From positions 4,250 to 68,249 of the forward strand of contig NZBG01000024.1 of NCBI GenBank assembly GCA_002687795.1: 64,000 nt of DNA. The letters are read 5' to 3'. The stretch is from Candidatus Woesearchaeota archaeon (GTDB lineage Archaea > Nanobdellota > Nanobdellia > Woesearchaeales > GCA-2687795). The notes below the pieces were generated by a model. It was not told the DNA's origin. It saw only the letters and a list, made by a program, of their open reading frames with translations, and made no database searches. This document shows positions 27,135 to 37,615 of this stretch, in pieces. The translations under genes and the position numbers were made by a program. Positions within the stretch are counted from its first letter, which is position 1, and each line of letters begins with the position of its first letter.

Positions 27135-28541
27135 TCAACCCTTCATAACACCCATAGGCTCTAACCTAACAACTTTCTTAGAAATATCAGCATTATGCAC
27201 AGTATCAATCACAGCCTCAACATCCTTATAAGCCTTAGGCGCTTCCTCAGCAAGAGATTTAAAGTTTGTAGCCTTTGTGACAATTCCTTTATTCTGCAGA
27301 AGCTCATTACTAATCTTCTCTCCTCTAAACTGGTTTATTGCAGCATGCCTTGACATCGCCCTTCCAGCACCATGCGCAGAGCTTCCAAAACTTTTCTCCA
27401 TTGCAGTCTCAGTACCTTTCAGTATATAAGAAGCTGTGCCCATACTGCCAGCTAATAAGACCGGTATATCAGGGAATGCTCTTGTGGCTCCTTTCCTATG
27501 TACATATAATTTTCTTTTCCTGCCGTTAATAGTATATTCTTCTAATTTAACAACATTATGACAGATTCCATAGACAGTATGCATATCCATATCTTCCCAG
27601 CCTTTGTTGAAAACCTTTTCAAAGGTTTCCCTTATCCATTGAGTCATAACAAGCCTGTTAGTAAAGCTATAGTTAACAGCAGCTTTCATTGCAGCAAAGA
27701 AATCCTGTCCTTCATTTGATTTTGCAGGCGCGCATACAAGCTGCCTGTCAGGAAGCCATATCTTATACTTCTGAACAGCTTTCTCTTGTATCTTTAAGTA
27801 ATCAGAAGCAACCTGGTGGCCCAGGCCTCTTGAGCCGCAGTGCAGCATTATCAAGACCTGGTCTTTATCATTGATTCCCCATTCCTTTGCTTTATCATCA
27901 AAGATATCTGTTACCTTCTGGATTTCAAGAAAGTGGTTGCCAGCCCCCAAAGTTCCAAGCTGTGGAGCCCCCCTCTTCTTAGCCAAGTCTGAAACCTTTT
28001 TTGGATCAGCGCCTTCCATCCTACCATTCTCTTCAATATGCTTTAGATCCTCTTTAACGCCATAATCATTCTCAACAGCCCACTCACAGCCGTTAACCAA
28101 AACCTCATTCAGTTCATCAGGATTTAATCTTAACTTTCCCTTGCTTCCAACACCGCATGGTATAGCAGAAAAAAGAGCGGGAACTAACTCATTCAGCTTT
28201 TCCTTAACCTCTTCATACGAAAGGTTTGTTCTTATGGAGTTTATGCCACAGTTTATGTCAAATCCGCATAAGCCTGCGCTGATTACCCCCTCCTCAGCAT
28301 CAAAAGCAGCAACAGCGCCCATTGGCAGGCCGTAGCCGAAGTGGGCATCCGGGAGTGCAACAACCGGTTCTATAGCCCCAGGAAGGCAGCATACATTGCT
28401 AAGCTGACCAATGGTATCGTCTTCCATAGCATCAAGCAACTTCTTGTTGGCAATTACTTTGCCTGCCACTTTCATCTCTTTTCTTGCTGTTTTTGGCAGT
28501 AACCATTCGTAATCGTTTATTGGCTGAAGTTTTTCTTTCAT
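27135..28541 (-). CDS. rtcB: RtcB RNA 3'-phosphate ligase (tRNA-splicing ligase)
   Basis: 468 aa. GFDINCG, GAGNHFLE, HCGSRGLGH, SSAHGAGR. No intein-sized insertion. Confidence 0.9.
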   Translation of the reverse strand: MKEKLQPINDYEWLLPKTARKEMKVAGKVIANKKLLDAMEDDTIGQLSNVCCLPGAIEPVVALPDAHFGYGLPMGAVAAFDAEEGVISAGLCGFDINCGINSIRTNLSYEEVKEKLNELVPALFSAIPCGVGSKGKLRLNPDELNEVLVNGCEWAVENDYGVKEDLKHIEENGRMEGADPKKVSDLAKKRGAPQLGTLGAGNHFLEIQKVTDIFDDKAKEWGINDKDQVLIMLHCGSRGLGHQVASDYLKIQEKAVQKYKIWLPDRQLVCAPAKSNEGQDFFAAMKAAVNYSFTNRLVMTQWIRETFEKVFNKGWEDMDMHTVYGICHNVVKLEEYTINGRKRKLYVHRKGATRAFPDIPVLLAGSMGTASYILKGTETAMEKSFGSSAHGAGRAMSRHAAINQFRGEKISNELLQNKGIVTKATNFKSLAEEAPKAYKDVEAVIDTVHNADISKKVVRLEPMGVMKG

Positions 28542-28628
28542 AATGCTGGTAGGTATTTGCTGAAACTTATAAAGATTTTCGTTTTCATACCAAAAGCTTT
28601 TAAAACTCCTTTATTCTTTTAAGCTAAA

Positions 28629-30149
28629 ATGAGTAATAAGGATATAATAAACAGATTACACAACTTTGAAAGAAAAGTATTGCCTTTGCTGGATAGGTTT
28701 GATAATACAAAAGAGCTTAGCAAGGAAACAGGTCTTTCAGAGATAGAAGTAATGAGAGCATTCCAATGGCTGGGGAATAAGGATATTCTTAAGATTAAGC
28801 AGGAATTAAAGGAAGTGGCTGAGCTGGAAGAAAACGGGAAAAAATACATTGAAGAGGGCCTGCCTGAGAAAAGATTTCTTTCATGCCTTGAAGGCAAAAC
28901 ATCATTAACACAAATAGGGGAAAAGGCTAACCTATCAAAAGAGGAATTAAACTCCTGCTTGGGAATCTTGAGAGGGAAGGCAGCAATATCATTAAAGAAG
29001 GAAGGCGAGGATTTAACCATAAAGATCACAGAACAGGGAAAGAAGCTGTTAGAGAAAGGCTTTCTTGAAGAAGAGTTTCTTAAAAGAGATTTTCCTTTGG
29101 ATATAAAGTCGCTTAAAGAGGAAGAAGTGTTTGCTTTGGATAATCTTAAGAAAAGAAAGGACCTGATAAGAGTCCAGGTAGTTAAGCTGAAAAAGGCAGA
29201 GCTTACACCTCTTGGGAAAGAGCTGTTAAAGGAAGATATAAAGAAAGAAGAAATATTTGACAGGCTTACTATACCCATGCTCAAAGATGGCTCATGGAAA
29301 GATAAGAGGCTTAGAGCCTATGACATTAAGATAAATGTTCCAAAAAAATATCCCGGTAGAAAGCAGCCATACAGAAGGTTCTTGGAAACTGTAAGAAAGA
29401 AGTTCAGTTCATTGGGCTTTACAGAGATGACAGGACCCACAGTTGAGACAGACTTCTGGAACATGGATGCATTGTTCATGCCCCAGTTCCATTCTGCAAG
29501 AGATATCCATGATGCATACTATATCAAAGAGCCAAAATATGGAGAGCTTGATGAAGCATTAATGAAAAAGGTAAAACAAGCTCATGAAAACGGTTTCAAT
29601 ACTGGCTCCAAAGGCTGGCAGTACAAGTTTGACACTAAAAGAACGCACAGGCATCTGCTAAGGACACAGGGAACAGCATGCTCAGCAAGGATGTTAACCT
29701 CAGAAAATCTTAAGATCCCTGGCAAATACTTTGCATTAGTGCGCTGCTTCAGATCAGATGTAATAGATGCAACGCATCTTGTTGACTTTTACCAGACAGA
29801 AGGCATTATCTTAGAAGAAGGCCTTAACTTCAGGCACCTAAAAGGAGTGCTTAGAATGTTCGCTGAAGAGTTCTGTGAAACAGACCAGATCAAGATTGTG
29901 CCGGGCTATTTTCCTTTCACAGAGCCATCAGCTGAGCTGCATGCAAAGCATCCTGAGCTTGGCTGGATAGAGCTGGCTGGTTCAGGCATTTTCAGGCCAG
30001 AGATGTGCAAGCCTTTAGGCATAGATGTTCCTGTTCTTGCGTGGGGCATTGGGATTGACAGGATTGGCATGTTCAAGCTTGGCATAAAAGATATAAGGCA
30101 GTTATTCTCACAGGATTTGGAGTTTTTAAGAAACAGCAAGATTGTTTAA
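28629..30149 (+). CDS. pheS: Phenylalanyl-tRNA synthetase alpha subunit (archaeal)
   Basis: 506 aa. N-terminal wHTH repeats, class II core with FRSDVIDATHLVDFYQTEG and GIGIDR. Confidence 0.9.
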   Translation: MSNKDIINRLHNFERKVLPLLDRFDNTKELSKETGLSEIEVMRAFQWLGNKDILKIKQELKEVAELEENGKKYIEEGLPEKRFLSCLEGKTSLTQIGEKANLSKEELNSCLGILRGKAAISLKKEGEDLTIKITEQGKKLLEKGFLEEEFLKRDFPLDIKSLKEEEVFALDNLKKRKDLIRVQVVKLKKAELTPLGKELLKEDIKKEEIFDRLTIPMLKDGSWKDKRLRAYDIKINVPKKYPGRKQPYRRFLETVRKKFSSLGFTEMTGPTVETDFWNMDALFMPQFHSARDIHDAYYIKEPKYGELDEALMKKVKQAHENGFNTGSKGWQYKFDTKRTHRHLLRTQGTACSARMLTSENLKIPGKYFALVRCFRSDVIDATHLVDFYQTEGIILEEGLNFRHLKGVLRMFAEEFCETDQIKIVPGYFPFTEPSAELHAKHPELGWIELAGSGIFRPEMCKPLGIDVPVLAWGIGIDRIGMFKLGIKDIRQLFSQDLEFLRNSKIV

Positions 30150-30150
30150 G

Positions 30151-30726
30151 ATGATCAACAAAAAAGAATTCAAGGCCATAAGAGAAGAACTGGAGAACTA
30201 TGATAAGCAGAGAGAGGTTCTTATTAAAGAAAGCAGGACACTGCTGAAGCTTTCAAAGCAAATCATATATTCTGTTCATAGGGGCAACATGGAAGAGACA
30301 GAAGAGTTATTGAAAGATGCAAGGGATGAAAAGGCTAAGCTTGACAAGATCACCAGGAGAGCTGAATCGCTCAGCATGGAACACTCATATTCTGATGCTT
30401 TGCAGGAGTATACAGAAGCTTTGTGTTATTCAGGTTTTGTAAGCTCAAAAAAGCTGCCTTCAAGAAAAACAATTGGCGTCAACAGCGAAGATTATTTAAT
30501 GGGCTTATGCGACCTAACAGGAGAGCTTGGCAGGAGAGCAGTTTCTTTAGCAACTAAAAGGAAGTTTAAGGAAGTGGAAGCAATCAAGAAGTTAGTGGAA
30601 GATATTTATGGCGAGTTTCTAAAGTTTAATCTAAGGAATAGTTCTCTCAGGAAAAAGAGCGACTCGATTAAATGGAACCTTAAGAAGATTGAAGAGATTA
30701 TGTATGATTTGAGGAAACATCACTAA
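30151..30726 (+). CDS. Translin-family protein (COG2178-like)
   Basis: Helical protein with EYTEALCY and YLMGLCDLTGELGRRAV (Y..G..D..GEL.R signature). ATG 30151 follows the pheS stop. Confidence 0.55.
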   Translation: MINKKEFKAIREELENYDKQREVLIKESRTLLKLSKQIIYSVHRGNMEETEELLKDARDEKAKLDKITRRAESLSMEHSYSDALQEYTEALCYSGFVSSKKLPSRKTIGVNSEDYLMGLCDLTGELGRRAVSLATKRKFKEVEAIKKLVEDIYGEFLKFNLRNSSLRKKSDSIKWNLKKIEEIMYDLRKHH

Positions 30727-30730
30727 CAGA

Positions 30731-31699
30731 ATGCAAGATTTACCAAAGGCATCATCAATTGTAATCAAAGATTGCATGAACACTCAACCTGATGAAAGAG
30801 TTCTGATCATTATTGACAAAAACAAATTGAACATAGGCAAAGCTCTCTTGCAGGAAGCAGAAAAGACCACAAAACATGCAAGGCTCACAGAAATCCCAGT
30901 AATGAAATACAACGGCCAGGAGCCACCAAAAGATGTTGCCAAGGAGATGCTTAATTCTGATGTGATCCTGATGGCAACCTCAAAATCCTTATCACACACA
31001 GAAGCAAGGAGAAAAGCATCTGAAAAAGGCGCAAGGATCGCTTCCATGCCTGGAATAACAGAAGACATTATGAAAAGAACCCTTGCTGTAGATTATAGTA
31101 AGATAACAGAAAGAACCAACAAGATAGCAGCTGAATTAAACAAGGCTTATGAAACAAAGGATTGGGTAAAAATCACCACAAAGCAAGGCACTAATATAAA
31201 GATGAAAGTAAGCAGGAGGATAAAGCACATTGATGAGAACAGGTATCATAAGAAGGGTAAGTGGGGCAACCTGCCTGATGGCGAAGCATACTTTGCTCCT
31301 TTGGAAGGCTCTTCAAAAGGAGTTTTCATTGTTGATGCTTCCATGGCAGGCATAGGAAAGCTGAAAGAGCCTGTAAAGATAGAGGTTAGGGAAGGCTATG
31401 CCACAAAGATAGAAGGAAAAGAAGAAGCAGAGAAATTAAAGAGGTTATTGCAAAGCTTTAATGATAAATCAGTTTACAACATTGCAGAGCTTGGCATTGG
31501 TACTAATGACAAGGCAATCATAACCGGAATTGTCTTAGAAGATGAAAAGGTTCTTGGGACTGCTCATATAGCCTTTGGCAATAATGTTTCTTATGGGGGT
31601 TCTGTTAATGCACCCTGCCATCTTGACGGAGTTTTCTTTAAGCCAACGATTGTTGTTGGAAATAAAAAAATCATGGAAGATGGGAAGCTTTTGGTCTAA
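30731..31699 (+). CDS. Aminopeptidase, AmpS/M29-like
   Basis: 322 aa. GNLPDGEAYFAP, ELGIGTN, EDEKVLGTAHIAFG resemble the COG2309 leucyl aminopeptidase (aminopeptidase T) family. Confidence 0.5.
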   Translation: MQDLPKASSIVIKDCMNTQPDERVLIIIDKNKLNIGKALLQEAEKTTKHARLTEIPVMKYNGQEPPKDVAKEMLNSDVILMATSKSLSHTEARRKASEKGARIASMPGITEDIMKRTLAVDYSKITERTNKIAAELNKAYETKDWVKITTKQGTNIKMKVSRRIKHIDENRYHKKGKWGNLPDGEAYFAPLEGSSKGVFIVDASMAGIGKLKEPVKIEVREGYATKIEGKEEAEKLKRLLQSFNDKSVYNIAELGIGTNDKAIITGIVLEDEKVLGTAHIAFGNNVSYGGSVNAPCHLDGVFFKPTIVVGNKKIMEDGKLLV

Positions 31700-31738
31700 T
31701 CAATAGCTTTAAAAACAAACTCTCATTTAAAATTCTTC

Positions 31739-32854
31739 ATGAGAAAAAACAGAATACTCTTAACTATCATAATGTTCCTTGTATTCCTTGGCTCAGGATT
31801 GTATAGTGTATTCATACCTATATTCCTGTTAAAACAGGGAGTTTCTTTTGCCTACATAGTTGTTTATGCTATGAGCTATTGTTTAGGGGGCATTATTGCA
31901 GGCATGCTATTTAACTATGTGATACATAAGTTCAGTATTAAGCTGCCCTTTATAGCAACATGCATATTTGAGCCTGTTATAATATTTACCCTGAGTTTTT
32001 ATTCAAACTTTAGGCTGCCTGTTTGGGTTTATGGCTTGTTGTTAGGGATTTTCCAGTTTATGTTTTGGTGTTCTGTGAATGTAATAACATTAAAAGCAAC
32101 TGAAAGGCATAAAAGAGGAAAACAACAGGCATTTATACTTTCATCTTTATGGGTTGCAAAGATAATTTCTCCTTTTGCGGGGGGTGCGATCATTCATTAC
32201 TTAGGCTATAGTTATCTTTATGTGATAGGCATTGCAATTGTTTTATGCTCCTGTGTACCGGTTATGCTTCTAAAACAGGAAGTGGTTGTAAAAAGAAAAA
32301 CGGTTTTCTTCCCTTCGTTAAAAGGAGATATAGGCGTGTATATGATTGTTTCATTTTTCAGAGGAATCAGCTTTTCAGCGTTGTTTTTCTTCTGGGTGCT
32401 TTATATCTATAATCTTTTAGGCACAGAGCTTAAGGTTGGCTCTTTTTCTTCATTAGGCTCTTTGCTTGGGCTGTCAGCAGTTCTTATAACCGGTTATTCA
32501 ATTGACCATTTCAGAAAGGTTTTGACCTATGCATCAAGCCTTTTACTGTCTTCAGTTTCATGGCTCTTTTCAGTATTCAACAGTTCTTTTATTGGAATCT
32601 TTATATTAAACCTGACAAACAGCTTTGTCCATCAGACAACAACAGTAACCAATAATGTGTTGTTCCTGCATGAAATAGAAGACAAAGATGTACCTGCATA
32701 TACAGCGGAAAGGCAGATAGCCTTTTCTATGGGAGCTGTTATTCTCTGCCTGTTCGCTTTCTTCAATAGCTTTAGGCTCTTATTTGTTATAAGCTCTTTG
32801 GGATATGTTATAGCCTTGCCGTTTGTGTTCAGGCTGAAGAACGTAGAGAATTAA
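31739..32854 (+). CDS. MFS-type transporter (putative)
   Basis: 371 aa. About 10-12 hydrophobic helices arranged in two halves. No specific motif confirmed. Confidence 0.45.
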   Translation: MRKNRILLTIIMFLVFLGSGLYSVFIPIFLLKQGVSFAYIVVYAMSYCLGGIIAGMLFNYVIHKFSIKLPFIATCIFEPVIIFTLSFYSNFRLPVWVYGLLLGIFQFMFWCSVNVITLKATERHKRGKQQAFILSSLWVAKIISPFAGGAIIHYLGYSYLYVIGIAIVLCSCVPVMLLKQEVVVKRKTVFFPSLKGDIGVYMIVSFFRGISFSALFFFWVLYIYNLLGTELKVGSFSSLGSLLGLSAVLITGYSIDHFRKVLTYASSLLLSSVSWLFSVFNSSFIGIFILNLTNSFVHQTTTVTNNVLFLHEIEDKDVPAYTAERQIAFSMGAVILCLFAFFNSFRLLFVISSLGYVIALPFVFRLKNVEN

Positions 32855-32896
32855 TATCAACTGATTGTTATTTTCTAATTGTAAACACTAATAAGG

Positions 32897-32908
32897 TTTA
32901 TAAATAAT
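32897..32908 (+). promoter_or_regulatory. TATA box candidate (tttataaataat)
   Basis: Starts 30 nt upstream of ATG 32927. Identical 12-mer to 15869 and 37708. Confidence 0.5.
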
Positions 32909-32926
32909 CCTGCCTTCTTTTCTGAT

Positions 32927-34024
32927 ATGGCACCAATTGAGCCGATAAACGATAATAAGGTATATGCAGCGTCTCATTATCATACATATACTATGTCCTG
33001 CTTTTGCAGAGACAGAATCAGAAAACAGGAATTTGTACCTGGGATGGCTTCATTATTATACAAAAGAGCAAGAGAAAATAATCTGCGTTATATAACAGTT
33101 ATAGATAATGTTGATGAAAATCATTATGGTTTCTTCTTTAAGGCAATTGAAGAGAATCCAGAGATATTCGGTGCAGGAACAGTGGCAGTTCCTTATAGAG
33201 AAACCCAGTCATCTGAGAATACAATCTTTACAGTGTTTGAAGAGGGAAAGGTTAGGACTCATATTATAAGGGCTGCAGAGATTGGTACAGATTTAGGAGA
33301 AATTGTCCTTGTAGGATGCGGGAAAGAAATAAAACACAGGCTTGACCATTGGGATCATCTGACAAACTGTGCTTTCAGCAGAATAGGGGAAGGTTATGTT
33401 AACAACAGGTTAAGACCATTAAAAGATATTCTAAAATATTACCTTGAAGAAAGCCTTTGGGCTTTCATTCCCCACCCAGATTTTTTCATTGGAGGGATAT
33501 TCTCAGGTTTTGAGGGAGATTCTGAGAAGCAGAAAGTTCTCCCTGAGCTTGATATAACAGGCAAACTCCAAAGAGGAGAGATTGGTTATGAAGCCTGGAG
33601 CGCTTCTGCTGCATGGTTTAAGAAATCAGGCGGAGCTTCTCTTGGTGATTTATTAGAGGCAGAGCTCCCTAAAGGAATAGTGGGAGATGATGCCCCCTTC
33701 GGCGCTATAGGCCATAACAGGATGGAGTTTAATCCAGGAGACTTAGCTTTAGACAAAGTAGAATACCCGCATATCGAGGACAGGGATGATTATTATAGGC
33801 ATGAGGAAGAGTATGGAGCATTAGTTGAAACAGAAATCAACAGGCTTTTCCAGGAAATTAAAGCAGGGCATTTCGATATAACAACAAACCGGACACCTCT
33901 TCATCTAATGGTAAAGAAGCTTCTTCCCAGCATAGGATCTCGTGTGCTTGCAAAAAAGCTTAAATTGCCTTTCTTCATAGAGCAGGTTTCAGTCAGCCAT
34001 AATTCTTCAAAAATTCCTTCTTAA
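32927..34024 (+). CDS. Hypothetical protein, weak PHP-type metal phosphoesterase resemblance
   Basis: 365 aa. ASHYHTY near the N-terminus, FIPHPDF, GDDAPFGAIGHN. The order of His/Asp motifs recalls PHP domains but is not conclusive. Confidence 0.3.
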   Translation: MAPIEPINDNKVYAASHYHTYTMSCFCRDRIRKQEFVPGMASLLYKRARENNLRYITVIDNVDENHYGFFFKAIEENPEIFGAGTVAVPYRETQSSENTIFTVFEEGKVRTHIIRAAEIGTDLGEIVLVGCGKEIKHRLDHWDHLTNCAFSRIGEGYVNNRLRPLKDILKYYLEESLWAFIPHPDFFIGGIFSGFEGDSEKQKVLPELDITGKLQRGEIGYEAWSASAAWFKKSGGASLGDLLEAELPKGIVGDDAPFGAIGHNRMEFNPGDLALDKVEYPHIEDRDDYYRHEEEYGALVETEINRLFQEIKAGHFDITTNRTPLHLMVKKLLPSIGSRVLAKKLKLPFFIEQVSVSHNSSKIPS

Positions 34025-34035
34025 ACTTATTAGAA

Positions 34036-34593
34036 TTATTCTCTTATAGCTTTCTTGATTTTCTCAAGAATCAGCCCAAACTTTTTAAACCCAAACTCGG
34101 CATTGATATGCCCCGCTTTATCAAGCGCGATAAGTTCAGCCCCAAGCTTACCCGCCAACTTCTCTCCTTCTTCGAAAGGCACATAAGGGTCATCCTTTGA
34201 GTTAATAACCACAAATTTGCTGCAATTGTTCTTTATTTTATCCCAATCAAAATCTTTTTCTACAAACGTCTTGTTAAACTTATCAAAATCATTATTCAGC
34301 AAACTAACAAACCCAGCAACAAAAAAACAAGCCTTAACCTTAACATGAATCTTCTCTAAAACACTCAAAACAAACGCAGGCCCCAAGCTATGCGCAACAA
34401 ACATTGTATTCTCATCGATTTTATCTAAATAAGAACCAAACATTCCCATCCAGGAATCTAAATTCATTTTTTCTGGTTCAGGAAACCTTGGAACAAAAAC
34501 CTCATAACCTAGCTTCTCCAGCTCTGATTTCAGCCAGGGAAACCAATTCCCTTCAGGGCTTCCTCCTGTTCCATGTATGATGAAAGCTTTCAT
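34036..34593 (-). CDS. Alpha/beta serine hydrolase, YdeN/RBBP9-like
   Basis: 185 aa. MKAFIIHGTGGSPEGNWFPWL, nucleophile elbow AHSLG, C-terminal GHIN. Confidence 0.65.
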   Translation of the reverse strand: MKAFIIHGTGGSPEGNWFPWLKSELEKLGYEVFVPRFPEPEKMNLDSWMGMFGSYLDKIDENTMFVAHSLGPAFVLSVLEKIHVKVKACFFVAGFVSLLNNDFDKFNKTFVEKDFDWDKIKNNCSKFVVINSKDDPYVPFEEGEKLAGKLGAELIALDKAGHINAEFGFKKFGLILEKIKKAIRE

Positions 34594-35684
34594 TGCTTAT
34601 AACCCTTCAAAAACTCCTTCTTAAACTCACTAAACTTCTTTGCCTTAATACTCTTCCTAACCCTCTCCATCAGCCTCTGCATAAAATAAAGGTTATGATA
34701 AGTAGTATACCTCATATAAACATGCTCACTAATCCTCATCAAATAATTGATATACGCCCTTGAAAAACTCTTACAAACATAACAATCGCAATCCTCATCC
34801 AAAGGCTTCTTATCAAACTTATACTTGCTATTCCTTATCTTCAGCTTTCCTTTCCATGTAAAAATAGTTCCATGCCTTGCATTCTGCGTGGGGAAAACGC
34901 TGTCAAAAATATCAACACCCTTGCTAATGCACTTCACCAAATCCTCAGGTGAGCCAGTGCCCATCAGATACTTTGGCTTCTCTTCATCAATATGCTTAAG
35001 CGAGCAGTCAAGCATCTTATACATAACATCCTTAGGCTCTCCTAAACATAATCCCCCAATAGCCATTCCATCAAGCTTCAGCCCATTAACAAACTTTGCA
35101 GACTTCTTCCTTAAATCTTCATAAAACCCTCCCTGGCAAATCCCAAACAAAAGCTGCTTCTTATTCTTATGAGCCTTGACACACTCTTCAGCCCATTTAT
35201 GCGTTCTTTTCATACAACCCTTAGCTTTTTCATAGCTTCCTCCATACTCAACAACATCATCAAGCACCATAGCAACATCAGAACCAACTCTCGACTCAAT
35301 ATCCATAATCATCTTAGGCGTTAACAAAATCTTCTTCCCATCAAAAGGCGACTTGAAAAGAATGCCCTCATCATCAGTATTAAGAATAAAAGATTCTCTC
35401 AAAACCTGAAACCCTCCGCAATCAGTAAAAACAACGCCCTTAAACTTCATAAACTTATGAATCCCCTTAAACTTCTCAATCGCGTCAAGCCCCCTGCTGA
35501 GATAAAGCACAAACGCATTAGAAATAATTACCTTAGCCTTCATCCTCTCCAAATCCTCAAACGAAGCATGCTTAACAGTAGCCTTAGTAGCAACAGGCAT
35601 AAAAAAAGGAGTCTCAACACTCCCATGAGCAGTCTTCAGCACGCCAACCCTTGCATTCTTATCTTTATGCGATATCTTGAACAT
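34590..35684 (-). CDS. tgtA: tRNA-guanine transglycosylase, catalytic TIM-barrel only (archaeosine type likely)
   Basis: 364 aa. TPFFMPVAT, DCGGFQ, GGLCLGE, YLMGTGSP, zinc site CDCYVCKSF...H. Lacks the C-terminal PUA-containing domains of long ArcTGTs. Confidence 0.8.
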   Translation of the reverse strand: MFKISHKDKNARVGVLKTAHGSVETPFFMPVATKATVKHASFEDLERMKAKVIISNAFVLYLSRGLDAIEKFKGIHKFMKFKGVVFTDCGGFQVLRESFILNTDDEGILFKSPFDGKKILLTPKMIMDIESRVGSDVAMVLDDVVEYGGSYEKAKGCMKRTHKWAEECVKAHKNKKQLLFGICQGGFYEDLRKKSAKFVNGLKLDGMAIGGLCLGEPKDVMYKMLDCSLKHIDEEKPKYLMGTGSPEDLVKCISKGVDIFDSVFPTQNARHGTIFTWKGKLKIRNSKYKFDKKPLDEDCDCYVCKSFSRAYINYLMRISEHVYMRYTTYHNLYFMQRLMERVRKSIKAKKFSEFKKEFLKGYKQ

Positions 35685-35729
35685 AGAAATAAGAAATACT
35701 GCGCTGTTTTATAACCTTTTCCAAACAAA

Positions 35730-36290
35730 TCAATACTCATGCCCAGGACATAAAACCTTATAACCAATCTTCTTAATCTTATCCAAAGATTCTTTCATCA
35801 ACTCAGGAGCAGAAGTAGGCAGATCAGTTCTCCCTATTCCATTATAAAACAATGTATCCCCAGAAAATAATATCTTCTCCTTAATATAAAGCAAACAGAT
35901 AGAGCCCCTTGTATGGCCCGGGGTATTTATTATCTTAAATCCTTCCAGCTTCCCTAATGGACTAAGCTCAACACTTAACTTATTGCCATAATCAACACTA
36001 GCCCCTTTGGGATCCTTCCTGAAATCCTCAATCTCTCCAGAAGAAGCAAAAAACTTAGCATTCCTGAACAAATCAGGATTACCTGTATGATCATAATGCA
36101 AATGAGTAAAAATAACCTTCTTTATCTTATCCAGATCAACAAGCCTTGACAACCCTTTCCTAACAATCCCTTTATAGGAATCGCTTCCTGTATCAACAAC
36201 AATCTTCTCCTTAAAATCAAGAAAATAAACATTAGAATCTGCCTTAATCTTAAAAATATTATTCGCAACCTTTTCCGTATACATGTTCAA
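35730..36290 (-). CDS. MBL-fold metallo-hydrolase
   Basis: 186 aa. THLHYDHTGN (HxHxDH), TPGHTRGS, CPGH. Confidence 0.75.
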   Translation of the reverse strand: MNMYTEKVANNIFKIKADSNVYFLDFKEKIVVDTGSDSYKGIVRKGLSRLVDLDKIKKVIFTHLHYDHTGNPDLFRNAKFFASSGEIEDFRKDPKGASVDYGNKLSVELSPLGKLEGFKIINTPGHTRGSICLLYIKEKILFSGDTLFYNGIGRTDLPTSAPELMKESLDKIKKIGYKVLCPGHEY

Positions 36291-37576
36291 TACAAAAAGC
36301 TCTCAGGGAGAATCCTTTTATTGATTTCACCATGATAATTGGTCAGCATCATCTCTTTAACCTTAGCCAGCTCCTTTGTACTGGCCAGAACCCAGCCAAG
36401 CTTGATGTAAGCAACCTCAGGCAGCATATCCTCAGCAAATATGCACTTAAGCTCTATTGACAGCTTTCTCAAATTTGTATAAACATAAGGATGAACCCTT
36501 CCATACAATGTTTGCGATGCAATCACAACAGGAACCCCTTTATCAATAGCTTTTTTCAATTTAGGTATCAGGGAATACTTCGGATCAGAAGTAGGCACAT
36601 GGCCAAGCGCAGTGGCGGCCACAACAATCCCTTTATAGCCTTTGTTGATATAGAAATCTATAATCTCTGGCTCCATGCCAGGATAAACCTGCACCAAAGC
36701 AACCTTTTCCTCAAATTCCTTATCAGCCTTCACCTTTAAATCTGACTTCTTCTTATAATCATTATTGGTGATTTCTATCTTTCCATTGCTAAATACCTTA
36801 GCCAAAGGAGGCTCATTAACAGGCCTGAACGCATCCCTTCTTGAGGTGTGCATCTTCCTTATCTTTGTGCCCCTTATCAATAAGCAGTAATCATCATTTG
36901 TTGTGCCATGCATGCAGCTAACCACTTCAGCAGCATTAAACTTAGCGGCTGCAGTAACCGCACACCCTAAGTTCATAAAAGCATCCGAGCTTCCCCTGTC
37001 AATAGACCTTTGCGCAGCGGTTATAATAACCGGCTTGTTAAGGCCCTTCAATAAAAAGGATAAAGCAGCTGATGCAAAATGAAGCATATCTGTGCCCATT
37101 GTTATAACAACACCATTGGCATCACCATTCAGTTCCTTCTCAGCCTCTTTGGCAATAGCTATCCATTCTTTTGAGGTCATATCTTCAGTCATAACACTCA
37201 TTATCTTCCTTGCCTTGATATTCGCAGTGTCCTTAAGCTCAGGGTACATATCAACAAAGTCTTCTGCTGTATAGTTTGCATGGGTTCCTCCTGTTCTGTA
37301 ATCAACCTTGGAAGAAATAGTTCCGCCTGTGCTTAGTATGGCAACAGTTGGAAGGCTTTTATTGAACTTTATCCTGGCTCTTTTATCTTTTTTCTTGGTA
37401 TAGCCTTCTAACAGTTCAACCTTCTTGATCCTTTTATTATCAATGCCAATATTATACCCATTATCAAGCTTAACTACTGTGATATCTTTATCAAGGATAT
37501 CAGGTCTTGGCATTAGGATGCCTTCAACCTTCTCTTCATCTGTTATTATTCTTACTTTATCTCCTGGGTTTGGCAT
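36287..37576 (-). CDS. gatD: Glutamyl-tRNA(Gln) amidotransferase subunit D
   Basis: 429 aa. N-terminal GDKVRIITDEEKVEGILMP barrel, asparaginase motifs STGGTISS and MGTDML. No gatE is adjacent. Confidence 0.85.
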   Translation of the reverse strand: MPNPGDKVRIITDEEKVEGILMPRPDILDKDITVVKLDNGYNIGIDNKRIKKVELLEGYTKKKDKRARIKFNKSLPTVAILSTGGTISSKVDYRTGGTHANYTAEDFVDMYPELKDTANIKARKIMSVMTEDMTSKEWIAIAKEAEKELNGDANGVVITMGTDMLHFASAALSFLLKGLNKPVIITAAQRSIDRGSSDAFMNLGCAVTAAAKFNAAEVVSCMHGTTNDDYCLLIRGTKIRKMHTSRRDAFRPVNEPPLAKVFSNGKIEITNNDYKKKSDLKVKADKEFEEKVALVQVYPGMEPEIIDFYINKGYKGIVVAATALGHVPTSDPKYSLIPKLKKAIDKGVPVVIASQTLYGRVHPYVYTNLRKLSIELKCIFAEDMLPEVAYIKLGWVLASTKELAKVKEMMLTNYHGEINKRILPESFLY

Positions 37577-37615
37577 GCTAAAAAATCACCCCTATGATTT
37601 TTGGCACCTGAAAAT

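Noticed and set aside
27135-28541. Inteins in RtcB, PolD, RadA, GlyRS or CopA
   Set aside because: All have lengths and contiguous motifs consistent with intein-free proteins. The only LAGLIDADG-like sequence is the free-standing remnant at 18111-18836.
28619-29284. 221-aa minus-strand ORF
   Set aside because: Antisense to the well-supported pheS N-terminal region. It has S/F/L-rich composition and no start context.
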